Source: Ophelia neglecta | Lineage: Eukaryota | DNA length: 64,000 nt | NCBI GenBank assembly: GCA_965285935.1 | Contig: OZ260663.1 | Span: forward strand, 59,086,001-59,150,000 | Direction of reading: 5' to 3' | Part shown: piece after piece, positions 41,566-52,235 of the stretch | Numbering within the stretch: position 1 is the stretch's first letter | Layout: the number at the start of each line of letters is the position of its first letter | The notes under the pieces: model-generated | The model's database searches: none | What the model was told of the DNA's origin: nothing | The model's input: only the letters and a program-made list of their open reading frames with translations | Translations under genes and position numbers: made by a program

Positions 41566-43825
41566 GTGGGTAGTGCATGGCAGCATCTTTACCTATTCTA
41601 CTCATATATACAAGTACACATTTGCACTTTCTGATCCAATTTAACACTGACTTAATAAATAACTAAGTACACTATAGAGCTTTACCTGAACCAGTAACTT
41701 GTGCACTGATGCTTATATTCTAAACTTGAATTTATAAATAAGAAAGTATAAGTAAGTTCCAAGAATGATTGGATCATAGTTGAAGACAGGGAAAAGTCTG
41801 CAATTTGACATGCAGGAGAGACAGCATTGCACTTAAAAGGCATCTACACTTTACCATTTAAAATGACTTTAGAAGGACAGACTAACCGCATGCCATGCCT
41901 CGTTTTACGTAGAATGGCAATTGGTTTTATTTCTAAATGTAGTCCCTCACAGTTTTATTTTGAGGAAACATGTTTGTCTTTCTAAATTCATTTGTAAAGG
42001 TTACCTAGCTATCAATAACACCAATGATTGTAGACTTTTTCCTGTCGTATTGTTTTTTATTTTATATTTAGTGTTGTTATTATTTGGGTGTGAGATTTTC
42101 AAATCATCTGATTTGTAAAGTTCTGAACACGAATATTAAGCAAACAAATTCCTTTTGTTCTAAAGTTTCACAGCTATTTCTTGTAGAAAGATGCCACCAA
42201 TATATAACCCCTTGATATTTTATCAGCAACCTGCTACAGGAGTAGTAGACTGTTACAACATGAGAGCATTTTACCCTAAAAAGGAGGTTTTAGGCACTTG
42301 TTAGTGCAAATGAATTTCTATGAATCCACAGAGTATGGTTGTTGAATGGACTGAAGGATACTTGCCAGTGCACCAAATGTTTGCATGTGATTTTTCCAGC
42401 AAACAAGTTGCCCAGCTTAGTCAGTTACCTCAGAATATTATGCTTTGGCGTTGCTTTTGTCTTGGCTGCCGTGAATTTATCTCCAAATGAAATGAGTTGT
42501 GTATGTGCACTGCTGGCTCGATTAAGTTTTCATGGAAAACTGATTGAAAAGGCACTTGTGCTCTGCTTATGCTTGCAAAGATGTAATTGGATTCCCTTGA
42601 AAGGAACTCGACTCTGCTTCTTAGGGATGAGTTTCATGTCACTTACTGTATCTTGAGGCTTTTCCTTGACTGTATTAAATTCTCTGTGTTGGTTTTATTC
42701 GAGCAACCTGTACTTGGCTTTTTAAGTAAATTTTGATAGCTCACCCAAAAGTGGTTTTAGAAATAAATTATAATGCACCAAATGTCGAAGCATGTACAGT
42801 GGAGATGCTTGATTGATTATTGTGCTCAGACTAGTCCTGTGGCATTATTTGCCTTTTTGTTAATATTAATGCACATACATACAAATGTATATGTATATAC
42901 ACTAGATGGTTTATTTGTAACAAGTGTAGCCTTCTGGTTGAAAAATAATCATATTTGGCTCTGCATGAGACCAAGCAGTTTAATAGTGCTCAATGGTAAC
43001 AAAACTGGGGCATTTTCATTGAGCAAATACATGCTTGTTAAACTCACAACCTGCTTTATGGAAATCTTCTGACAACAATTCAGTTAGGAAATATTCCCCC
43101 AAAAAGAGAGTAATATCAGTAGGAGATGGATAGCCTTTGTACTTCAGCTGTTAATGTGTATTTATTCCATCATTGAAACTTACAGTATACAAAAAGCATG
43201 GCTTGAAGCTGAGAAACGACGTGTCTGGCAATCATGGTTTTAACTTTATTGGCAATTCTGCTTCATTAAGGTGTAAAAAATAAGCTTGCTTTTATTAGTT
43301 GATTTAGTGTCCATCCACAATCTACCTTTAGTAATAAATGAAGTGAAAGGAGTGCCGAACGATTGATTCATTATTGTGATTATTAAAGCAAAGATAGGAA
43401 CAAAAAAAGAGAGCAAAGTGGAAATGTGACACACACAAAAAACCAGATATTACGGTGGAGTTGGCATGCTGTGCTTTCAGTTTGTTTTATGTCATTAGAT
43501 AAGTTTCAATCCAGTTTAGTGTTAGGGCCTGTCAACACTTGTTGTTTAAACTTGTCAGATGTTGATTGTGTGTTGCTTGCTTCTCTGGTCTAACCATATA
43601 CAGGCATAAGATAATCACAAAACTGTCTACGCTGCATTAAACATAACATCAGGCATCAATGACTCAACAGCCAGGAATTAGGAGAAGACAAAACTGCAGG
43701 AAGTTAATAAGAGTGCCGGTCCTCTGTAAGGGCTAGTAATATTGCACAGGGCTAGCGCTAGCCGACACCAATTTCTAAGATGCTTTTTTCTGAGACGCTA
43801 TGTTTCTAACTCCACTTTTCCTTAG

Positions 43826-43906
43826 TGCCGTCCACTCTGTCACCGCCACCAACCACCACCAAAACGTCCTCGTTCAGGAGAAACCATCCTAATATCACTG
43901 GTTCAG
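43826..43906 (+). CDS. Lar: Candidate cassette exon in the Ig2-Ig3 linker (VPSTLSPPPTTTKTSSFRRNHPNITGS)
   Basis: Branch point TTCTAAC 43804-43810, pyrimidine tract ccacttttccttag|, donor TCAG|GTATCC; 81 nt, phase 1-1, open frame; ACTAAC cluster downstream. Confidence 0.65.
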
Positions 43907-44557
43907 GTATCCATCCACGTCTTGAGAATGTCGCCCGAATGCTAACTCTACTAACACACTAACCCCACTGTGTGTAGTTGATATACTGGTCGGTTTACTG
44001 AGGTTTGGTACGTCCCCTAGGTGGGTGTGTGACACACTAGGTGAATGTCTCCCTCCTACTAATATGGAACTCACATGTTTTCCTAAGAAGTTCTCCTGAA
44101 TGATCAGTGTGGATTCTTGTAATTGTAGTTTGAAATCAGTTACATTATTAAAAGTCTAAACAGTATTCAGTTAATTTTATAATATATTTTCTATTGCAAT
44201 TTCAATAGTCTTTTGATTTATTTTTGAGAACACTTTACAAGAACTTGATTCAATATATTACTTAATATTTGATTGATTGCTAGCCAGTAAATTGTTTATC
44301 AACTGGATCTATATGTTGATAGATTTATAGGACATGGGATGTTATTAATTATAATGACACTCATTTATATGATAAATAAATTTGCTCAATGCAAAATGAT
44401 AAGGATTATATAGGAATGGACCATATCTGTACTTGTCTGAAGATGAAAAATCAGAAATTGTTGTCTTTTTGCTGCCTAAACATTTCATCTTTGTGCTGTA
44501 TGTTTCTTAAAATGGTTATAGCCTATAGAAATTTCAGGTTAAATATCACCCATTTCC

Positions 44558-44708
44558 TGTATTCACACACTGTAATATCACAGAAAAGACTGTGATATTC
44601 TGCATTCACCCCCTGTAATATCATGTAATATCACAGAGAAGACTGTGATATTCTGTATTCACCCCCAGTAATATCATGTAATATCACAGAGGAGACTGTG
44701 ATATTCTG
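44558..44708. repeat. 53-bp tandem repeat x3, each unit with a perfect 10-bp hairpin AATATCACAG-N6-CTGTGATATT
   Basis: Hairpins at 44574-44599, 44627-44652 and 44680-44705. Confidence 0.9.
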
Positions 44709-45011
44709 TTGGATGTAATACCTTCCTGGTAGTAAACTCTCCAGCCTGCTGCATGTCTGATAACATAGACCTTTGATAGTTGGACAGGATGAAGATGTCT
44801 TTTCCATGTCTGGTCTTACGCTGCATCTTGATACATGTTTTTACTCTGTTTGGTCACTGCTAAATGTGTGCAGGGAATGCAAAATCAGACCAACAGAGTA
44901 AACGTTGAATTCTGTAATACTTTGATAGAAAATAATTAATTTGAAAGGTAAACATACATGAAGTAATGAATAAATTGTGTTTGAACTATGTATGTCTACT
45001 TCTATCTCCAG

Positions 45012-45281
45012 TGAGAAGAGTTCCACCTCACTTCTCCATCCCACCGGAGAGCGCTGAGGTGATGCCAGGGGGCGCTGTTAATCTGACCTGCGTAGCAGTC
45101 GGCTCCCCTATGCCTTATGTCAAGTGGAGGCTGGGCGCCGTGGAGCTCACTCCCGAGGACAGCATCCCCATTGGCAAAAACGTCCTGATGTTAACAGACA
45201 TCCGGGAGTCGGCCAACTACACCTGTGTGGCAGCATCGGACCTCGGCAACATAGAGGCCATCGCGCAAGTCAAAGTCAAAG
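45012..45281 (+). CDS. Lar: LAR RPTP exon, Ig domain 3 ([39 protein letters not shown]...[24 protein letters not shown])
   Basis: Closely matches the LAR-family Ig3 signature VRRVPPxFSIPP/[17 protein letters not shown]; ctccag| and AAAG|GTAGTT; 270 nt. Confidence 0.98.
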
Positions 45282-46167
45282 GTAGTTTGGGTTTAGTCCT
45301 GGTACATCAACATGCACTTGAGTTGTATAATCAACAGGTAAATCTAGGGAGAGGCCACAGAAGTCTCCATAGAGGTCTGGGGTAAAGTATACGGGGGAAA
45401 GCTGGAGCTGGAAATATCTACCTCATTTGACAACTGGCTACTTAAAACTAACGTGTAAAGTTATCTTCAAAGTAGTTTTATAGTTAGGTATTAATGTTTA
45501 TGTATCATCAGATCTTGATTTGTTGCTGTTAAGTTTGAATATTATACATCTCATCCAATTACCTAGAGTTCATTCTGCAGCTTAATTTAAGGAAGGTGTG
45601 GTCTGCTGCTTTGTAAGATAATCAATTAATTCTCTGTGATCTAACATGATTTTTAATGCTAAAATATATTAAGCAAATTTCATAGTGAAGAAATTCTGAT
45701 GGTGAATGTTTGATTGAACTCTTCCTTTACACTTGTTTGTAGCAGTAAAGATTTTGATTTGAGTTAACTACACGTTTAATACATGTAATATACCTGAATA
45801 ATGTTTCACTGTGATCTTGTACCATAACCCATGAGGCAAATCTTGACTTTCTTGGTGATGGCCCACTTCTCGATGTATGGTGTAATTAAGTTATCTGTAG
45901 CTTATGGAAGCACTTTAGTTTTACACTAGACCCCTCACTCCCTGTCTCTCTACATATATGTGTATTGTATTGTCCTCCACCAGCAGTCGAAACTCAAGAT
46001 TTGCCTTCAGAGCCACAACATACATTGAAGCCTCGTCATCACATTGTATCTATATAGTAATACTTGTATACATCGGCTATGGTTTCCTCAAAGTTGTTTT
46101 GGTTGCTTTGTTTTTGCCATTAATTTTTCATTTCCTAATTTTTGCTTGTCTCTGTTTCTTGCTCCAG

Positions 46168-46455
46168 CATTACCGCAACCGCCCACAAGTCTAGTTATCT
46201 CTGAGGTCACTGCCACTTCGGTCAAACTGACCTGGAATTCGGGCAATGTTGATCCCGTAGAATCGTACGTCATCCTGTACAAACGTAAATATGCCCCAGG
46301 GGCCACGCATGACGAAATCACTGACATAACCAGCAGTGAGTACACCGTCATGGGGCTCAATGCGTACATGCAATACGAGTTCAAAGTGATAGCGGTCAAT
46401 AACATAGGCCGCGGTATTCCCAGTAACCCTGTAGATGTCACCACCGGAGAGTTGG
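46168..46455 (+). CDS. Lar: LAR RPTP exon, FN3 repeat 1 (ALPQPPTSLVISEVTATSVKLTWNSGNVDPVESY...GRGIPSNPVDVTTGEL)
   Basis: FN3 W/Y/Y pattern, LAR-like TATSxxLTWxSGNxDPVxxY; gctccag| and TTGG|GTTAGT; 288 nt. Confidence 0.97.
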
Positions 46456-47131
46456 GTTAGTATCTATGTTGTCCTTCTTTCATGTCTCTGTCTTGTCCAT
46501 TTTACACTTCATACACCTAATCGTCCAAACATGAAACATACTATTTTCTTACACATGTCTGGACGTCAACTATCTGCATTCTTTTTTCGAGTCCTTTTCA
46601 AAATAAATATACACTTGTATGTTTATAAATGAGATCCCGTGGACTCGCTGTCCAACCAGAGTGGCCATTGTGCTGGAAGTCCGGGTCTCTTTATGTCTGT
46701 ATGTTCCATGTTTATGTCTGAATTCAATTGACATGGCATCAGCCTTGATGTTCATGGAAATTGTTGTTTCACTAGTGAACTTTTATAAGTGTGTTTACAT
46801 TCATACATTAGTCAGTAAACTTATCATTTTTCCAAGTATAAAATTTTATACCAGTTATAAATCTTTCAAAATGAAATTCTTTGATAATCATGTAGAAAGA
46901 GTAGTCAATTAAATTTCTTTGGATTAGTTTATCTGTCATAATTGAAGTCTTTTTTATATGTATTTGAATGTCTTTTTGATCGGATACATTTTCTACCATT
47001 TATATTATGCATGAGGCAACACCTTCCAACCATATTATGTATCTTCATGTTTCTCTTACAACCCTTGTAGTTACCATTAGCTATTTAGTTAACATTTCCC
47101 AATTTATGATTCCCATTTAATACCTTCACAG

Positions 47132-47143
47132 ATATGCAAATGG
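47132..47143 (+). CDS. Lar: Candidate 12-nt micro-exon (DMQM) between FN3-1 and FN3-2
   Basis: cccatttaataccttcacag|ATATGCAAATGG|GTATGT; consensus sites on both sides; phase 1-1, frame preserving. Confidence 0.55.
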
Positions 47144-47441
47144 GTATGTGCTATATCAACAATGCCAACCTTTGGTGCCTTGACACATTAGAGACTTGTT
47201 TATTCGTCTGTACCGTACTTAACACTACTGCTGCCACTACTACATGTTATTCCTATGTACTTTGTACTTTTTGTCATTAATCACTTGGCTACCATGTTTA
47301 TTTAGCATTGGTTGAATACACAGCTGGTGGACATAGTCTAACTCATTCTACTGTAAATCCTCTTGATTTTGCAGTCGGAATGAATATTGGCAAAGCATCG
47401 CGCTGTTGGATTAGAATGATTGCCATTGCACTTTAGCCTGT

Positions 47442-47601
47442 TACTACTGACACTACTATCGACACACTCTGTAGCCACCCCCAGGCAACATTTAACTACT
47501 GACACTTCTTTCCACACACTCTCTGTAGCCACCCCCAGGCCACATTTAACTACTGACACTACTATCAAAACACTGTCTGTGACCACCCCCAGGCCACATT
47601 T
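47442..47601. repeat. ~54-bp tandem repeat x3 (ACTACTGACACT...CTGTAGCCACCCCCAGGCCACATTT)
   Basis: Directly visible triplication. Confidence 0.85.
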
Positions 47602-48851
47602 CATTGTGCCACTCAATGCCTAACTCATTCGCCTAACTCAAACTAAATTATATTGATATATCTCCTTTTGATGATATACATGTAAGTGCCATTTCATATG
47701 CCATTGTATTTTTATGATATTTCCAGAAATCCTTTATAGTTCATTGCAGCAATTATTAGTTTCCTCAACTAAAAATCATTAAACTCAACATACAATTTTA
47801 GCCTGTCATAGAACAAGATAAGATTAGAAGGGTTTCTTTATTCGTAATAATGAACTTATATGTGTTTCATCATTAAGTCTGTCATGGTAAAAAGGGAACC
47901 TTAGCTGCCTGAAATTTGTTTGCTGTAGGAAATTACAAAACCAAATTGCCTTAAAGATTAAAAAACCACAAACAACCTTCGACAAATCTCACATGTCTCT
48001 GTAAGACTGTTTTGGGATTGCAGCTATTATTTTTGTCTAATTGTAGGGGCTAAAAAATGCTAATTTAGAATAATTTTATTCAATTTAACCTACATTTTCT
48101 AGGTTATTCAGCTGTGCATCAAGAATTCAGCTTTCTATTTTTAAAACACTTTGATATGTAATATCAACTGGCTTAGATGAATCAAGCCAGATCCACAAAC
48201 AAGACTATTAGTAATTCAAGTCGGTTTAATTCAGTAGCATTTCTGAAGTACAAAGGCCCTTGTTTTTATTGCCCCAGAGGATGTAGTGTGTGAAGTGATG
48301 AAGGGGAACCATTGAGGGTGAATTTGGGGGGGGGGGGGATATATTGTTGGATGAAATATCTGTAAGTTTGGTCATTTTGGACCTTTTTCACTGCTTCATA
48401 ATTTTTCAGACTGTGAGTATTGGCAAACTCTAACTATGTACTAGTGTTAATACATGTATGGGCCTGAATGTTTAGTTTGCAAATGTCCTGGGAGTTATAA
48501 AATATGATCCTATTCCAAGATTTGACAAAATGTGTTGCAGTGATGTCTATCTTTTTACATACTGTAATAGATTACCCCTTGAGGTAGTAGTAATTGTGGG
48601 TGTTGGCTCTTCCCTTTACACCATATTAACAGCTTTCTTAGCAGTATAACACTCCATGTTGATAGCCTCTGCCCTCTGGTGAGTCTTGCCACTCCTATTT
48701 ATAGTTACTCTACACATAACACTACTAGGGCTTGTGCCTGCCTGATTTATTGGTTGGTGGAGTGTTGTCAAGGCTTGAAGCTGGCAAAGTATGCCCAATA
48801 TTGTTAGTTGTAATATTTATTAAGTTTGGAGATGATAAATGGTCCTTACAG

Positions 48852-48952
48852 CACCTGGGAGTCCACCGCAAATTGTACGGGCAAGACCCGTGAGCTCCAG
48901 CACTGTGGTTGTCCAGTGGGATGAACCTGCCTTCCCCAATGGAATCATCAGG
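48852..48952 (+). CDS. Lar: LAR RPTP exon, FN3 repeat 2 first part (APGSPPQIVRARPVSSSTVVVQWDEPAFPNGIIR)
   Basis: ccttacag| and CAGG|GTAAGA; 101 nt, phase 1-0; LAR FN3-2 motif. Confidence 0.96.
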
Positions 48953-49167
48953 GTAAGATCACAGTCAAAGCAGTACTTATATCATGATGTTAGCTATAAG
49001 GATCAATTATGTTTATTTGTAAAGATAACGTTTGTTTTTGGCTAAGTGATAGTGTAATTGGTTTACTCTTAAACTGCTAAATAACTAATGTTAACTCAGA
49101 GATATTTAAACTTCAATTTTGCCATCTCTGGATCCAAATCTTTAATTGTTGACATTCCTTGTTTCAG

Positions 49168-49363
49168 GGATACAAGGTTTACTATACATTAAAACCTGAC
49201 TTACCTTACTCCCTGTGGACCTTGCACCCAGTGGACAATAGTCAGCTGACCACCATCAGCAACCTGCTCACCAACCGCACCTACACCATCCGGGTGCTGG
49301 CCCACACCATCGTGGACGATGGTCCACTCTCAGATCCTATCCAGGTCAAAACTCAACAAGGAG
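49168..49363 (+). CDS. Lar: LAR RPTP exon, FN3 repeat 2 second part (GYKVYYT...DGPLSDPIQVKTQQG)
   Basis: gtttcag| and GGAG|GTAAGT; 196 nt, phase 0-1; GPLSxPIQVKTQQG signature. Confidence 0.97.
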
Positions 49364-50804
49364 GTAAGTGTATAGATGAAAGACTTCTAATTACTAGTGG
49401 CTTTGCTAGGCATTGTGCGCTTGCCTAACATTGTGTGGAGTTTTTATATTCACATGTATATGGTAAGTGTAAACTCCGTGGAGAAATACAGGATGTGGCA
49501 GACTTAATTTTAATTGTTGATAAAATAGGCTTTTACTAACAAGTGAATTGTGTTCTGTGATCATCAATGCTGTTAGTATATGATGTGTGTGAAAGGCACT
49601 ACTAGAGCATCTAAATATTTTAGTCCTACCACTGGTGGAACAGATTTTGTCATCACTTGGGTGGAGGGTGTTAGGTAGGAGTGCAGATTTGCCGTTTTTT
49701 CACCTATTGTCATCTTAAAATAGCAGGCAAACTACGACTTCAAGTAGTACAAGTACATAGGACATCCTGGATACCTTTTTTTTTCCTGTGACCTTAAACT
49801 ACGAAATTCTCCCCAGATTTTAATGAGAGCTGATGCAATTTCTTCTTCCTCACTGTTTTTATCATATACATTACCAGACTGGCATATGGGTGGAAGTTTA
49901 GACCTCTGACCAATCTCAATTCTGATCAGCAGGCCATTGATAAGTTATAGCATTTGCCTATGAGCTATCTAAAGGGCTATTCTCAGATAAATATCTTTAT
50001 TACAAACACCAAAAGTCTCAATATAACTGTTATTAGAGACAATTATAAGTCACCCTAGAGTCTGATTTTCTATTTTTCTCATAATGCCATTAATTCCTGA
50101 TCATTGGTCCTCTGCTAGCTGTTACCATACATTAGATAGCCAAGACAGTAAATGAATTATTATTCCACTCATCAGGTGCCTTGATTGTATAAGATAGTCA
50201 GCGTGAAGGTAGTGAATGCTCGTATAGCCTGAGGGTAGATCAGAATATGAATTTACAGAAACAATAATATCACTGCAATTCTTAATAAAACAAAGGTCTG
50301 GTCACTTGTGAAGTTAAAACCTGCAATCAATGTGTGCTGTGATTTGGCAGTTCAGGACATTATTCCTGTGGGCAATTTCTAAGCGAGAAGTGTATGTAGT
50401 CAGAGAGGCCAAAATGGAATTAAGTTTTCTTGTTATGTTGTATGACTGTGGTTGTTCCCTTTGCTTGCGACTAGTATAATTGTAACCACTGTGATGTTGA
50501 CCGTGACAATGGCTGCTAACATTTATGTGTAAAATTGTGCAGGAAGCTACTTGAAAATGAGTTATAAAAAATTCAGTTTTTACAATGTTTTGGAAATTCA
50601 TAATAAGTTTTCTTATAATAAAATATTGTTATTATACTTACCTCATGGGATTAGGATATTCCATCTCTCCATATATATGTATTTTGTATAATTATGTACA
50701 TGAACATGAACATTGTTGCAAATTAATACACATTGACTAACTTTCTGAAGACTTCCAATAACATTGGTTACATGAGTCTGTCCTATCTAAAACATCTGCT
50801 TGCT

Positions 50805-51385
50805 AGACTGTCTGTCAGTAATGTGCTTCTGTCAGTCTTATATCAAGGCTTGCTGTCTTGTCAGTGCCTCACTGTCTGTCAGTGCCTCACTGCCTGTCAG
50901 TGCCTGCTGTCTGTCAGTGCCTCACTGTCTGTCAGTGCCTCACTGCCTGTCAGTGCCTCACTGTCTGTCAGTGCCTCACTGCCTGTCAGTGCCTCACTGC
51001 CTGTCAGTGCCTCACTGTCTGTCAGTGCCTCACTGTGTGTCAGTGCCTTGCTGTCTGTCAGTGCTGTGCAGTCTGTCATTCACAGTGCTGCCTTGTTAGT
51101 GATGTGCTGTCTGCCAGTGATGTGCTGTCTGTCAGTGATGTGCTGCCTTGTCAGTGCTGTGCTGTCTGTCAGCACCATGCTGCCTTGTCAGTGATGTGCT
51201 GCATTGCCAGTTTTGTGCTGTCTGTCAGTGCTGTGCTGTCTGTCAGTGCTGTGCAGTCTGTTAGCACTTTGCTGCCTTGTCAGTGATGTGCTGCATTGCC
51301 AGTGATGTGCTGTCTGTCAGAACTGTGCTGTCTGTCAGTGTTATGCTGTCTTATCAGTACTGTACTGTCTGTCACTGTCCCAGAC
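50805..51385. repeat. 18-bp minisatellite (GTCAGTGCCTCACTGTCT, grading to GTCAGTGATGTGCTGTCT)
   Basis: Directly visible; explains the [18 protein letters not shown] periodic ORFs. Its last 88 nt (51298-51385) recur at 52109-52196. Confidence 0.95.
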
Positions 51386-52235
51386 AAAAAACTGCCACTT
51401 TCTTGCTATTAACTTTGTATTTTTTTTACCAGACTTTTGGTCATGTTGAAGTTTCATGGCATGCTCATATTGCCTGGTGGCTTATCAGACTCGACCTCAT
51501 AAATCACCCTTTCTTTCTTTGGTTTGTCAAGTCTCTTACCTGTCATCACATTTATGCATTTTGTCTCACAAAGGCTGAACCTAAGAGTTTGCCAAATGTC
51601 ATGTTGCATCCCTTCAAATCATTGTTCAATTGCCTGTTGCCATTTATGCCTGCAAACTGTTTCAAAACTTTGAGTACAACATTTAGTAAGCATTAGAATG
51701 TCAATATAAGCTCCCATCTGACAAACTATTTAGACTTGTGCATTTTTTAAGACTCAACATTTATGTTTTGAATCCAATTATAAACTATATATTTAGTAGT
51801 TTTCTTTTTATCAATAGTCCCTTGTGATTTCTTCTGCACTGATCTCAGGTATAAAGCTGACCTGAACAAACTGCAGTGTATGGGCATCTCTCAGCTCTTA
51901 CAGTAGTGTGCTTAATCTTTAATCTACACCTAATGCATCAAAGAGGTTAAGATGATTTAGGTCTGAACTAATAACACATTTCCTAGCTACACATCTCACT
52001 CATGCATCTTTGCAAAAAAAAAGTTATAACTTGGTTATATACAAATTTTGGGAGAGATGACACCTTTCAAGTTGGGGCCAAAGGAACAAAAATATGCTGC
52101 CAACTTTTGCCAGTGATGTGCTGTCAGTCAGAACTGTGCTGTCTGTCAGTGTTGTGCTGTCTTATCAGTACTGTACTGTCTGTCACTGTCCCAGACTCTG
52201 TAGTGAGGTGGAAACACAACAAAGCAACATAACCA

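Noticed and set aside
43332-43366. Acceptor-like site reading VINEVKGVPND-stop (similarly 53807 AVYM-stop)
   Set aside because: Only an acceptor followed by a stop, as expected by chance; no supporting motifs.
46634-46684. 51-nt in-frame GC-rich segment (DPVDSLSNQSGHCAGSP) after FN3-1
   Set aside because: Acceptor (aaatgag) and donor (GTCTCT) are both poor.
50733-51696. Cys-rich (CQCLTV)n metallothionein-like ORFs
   Set aside because: Translations of the 18-bp minisatellite in several frames.
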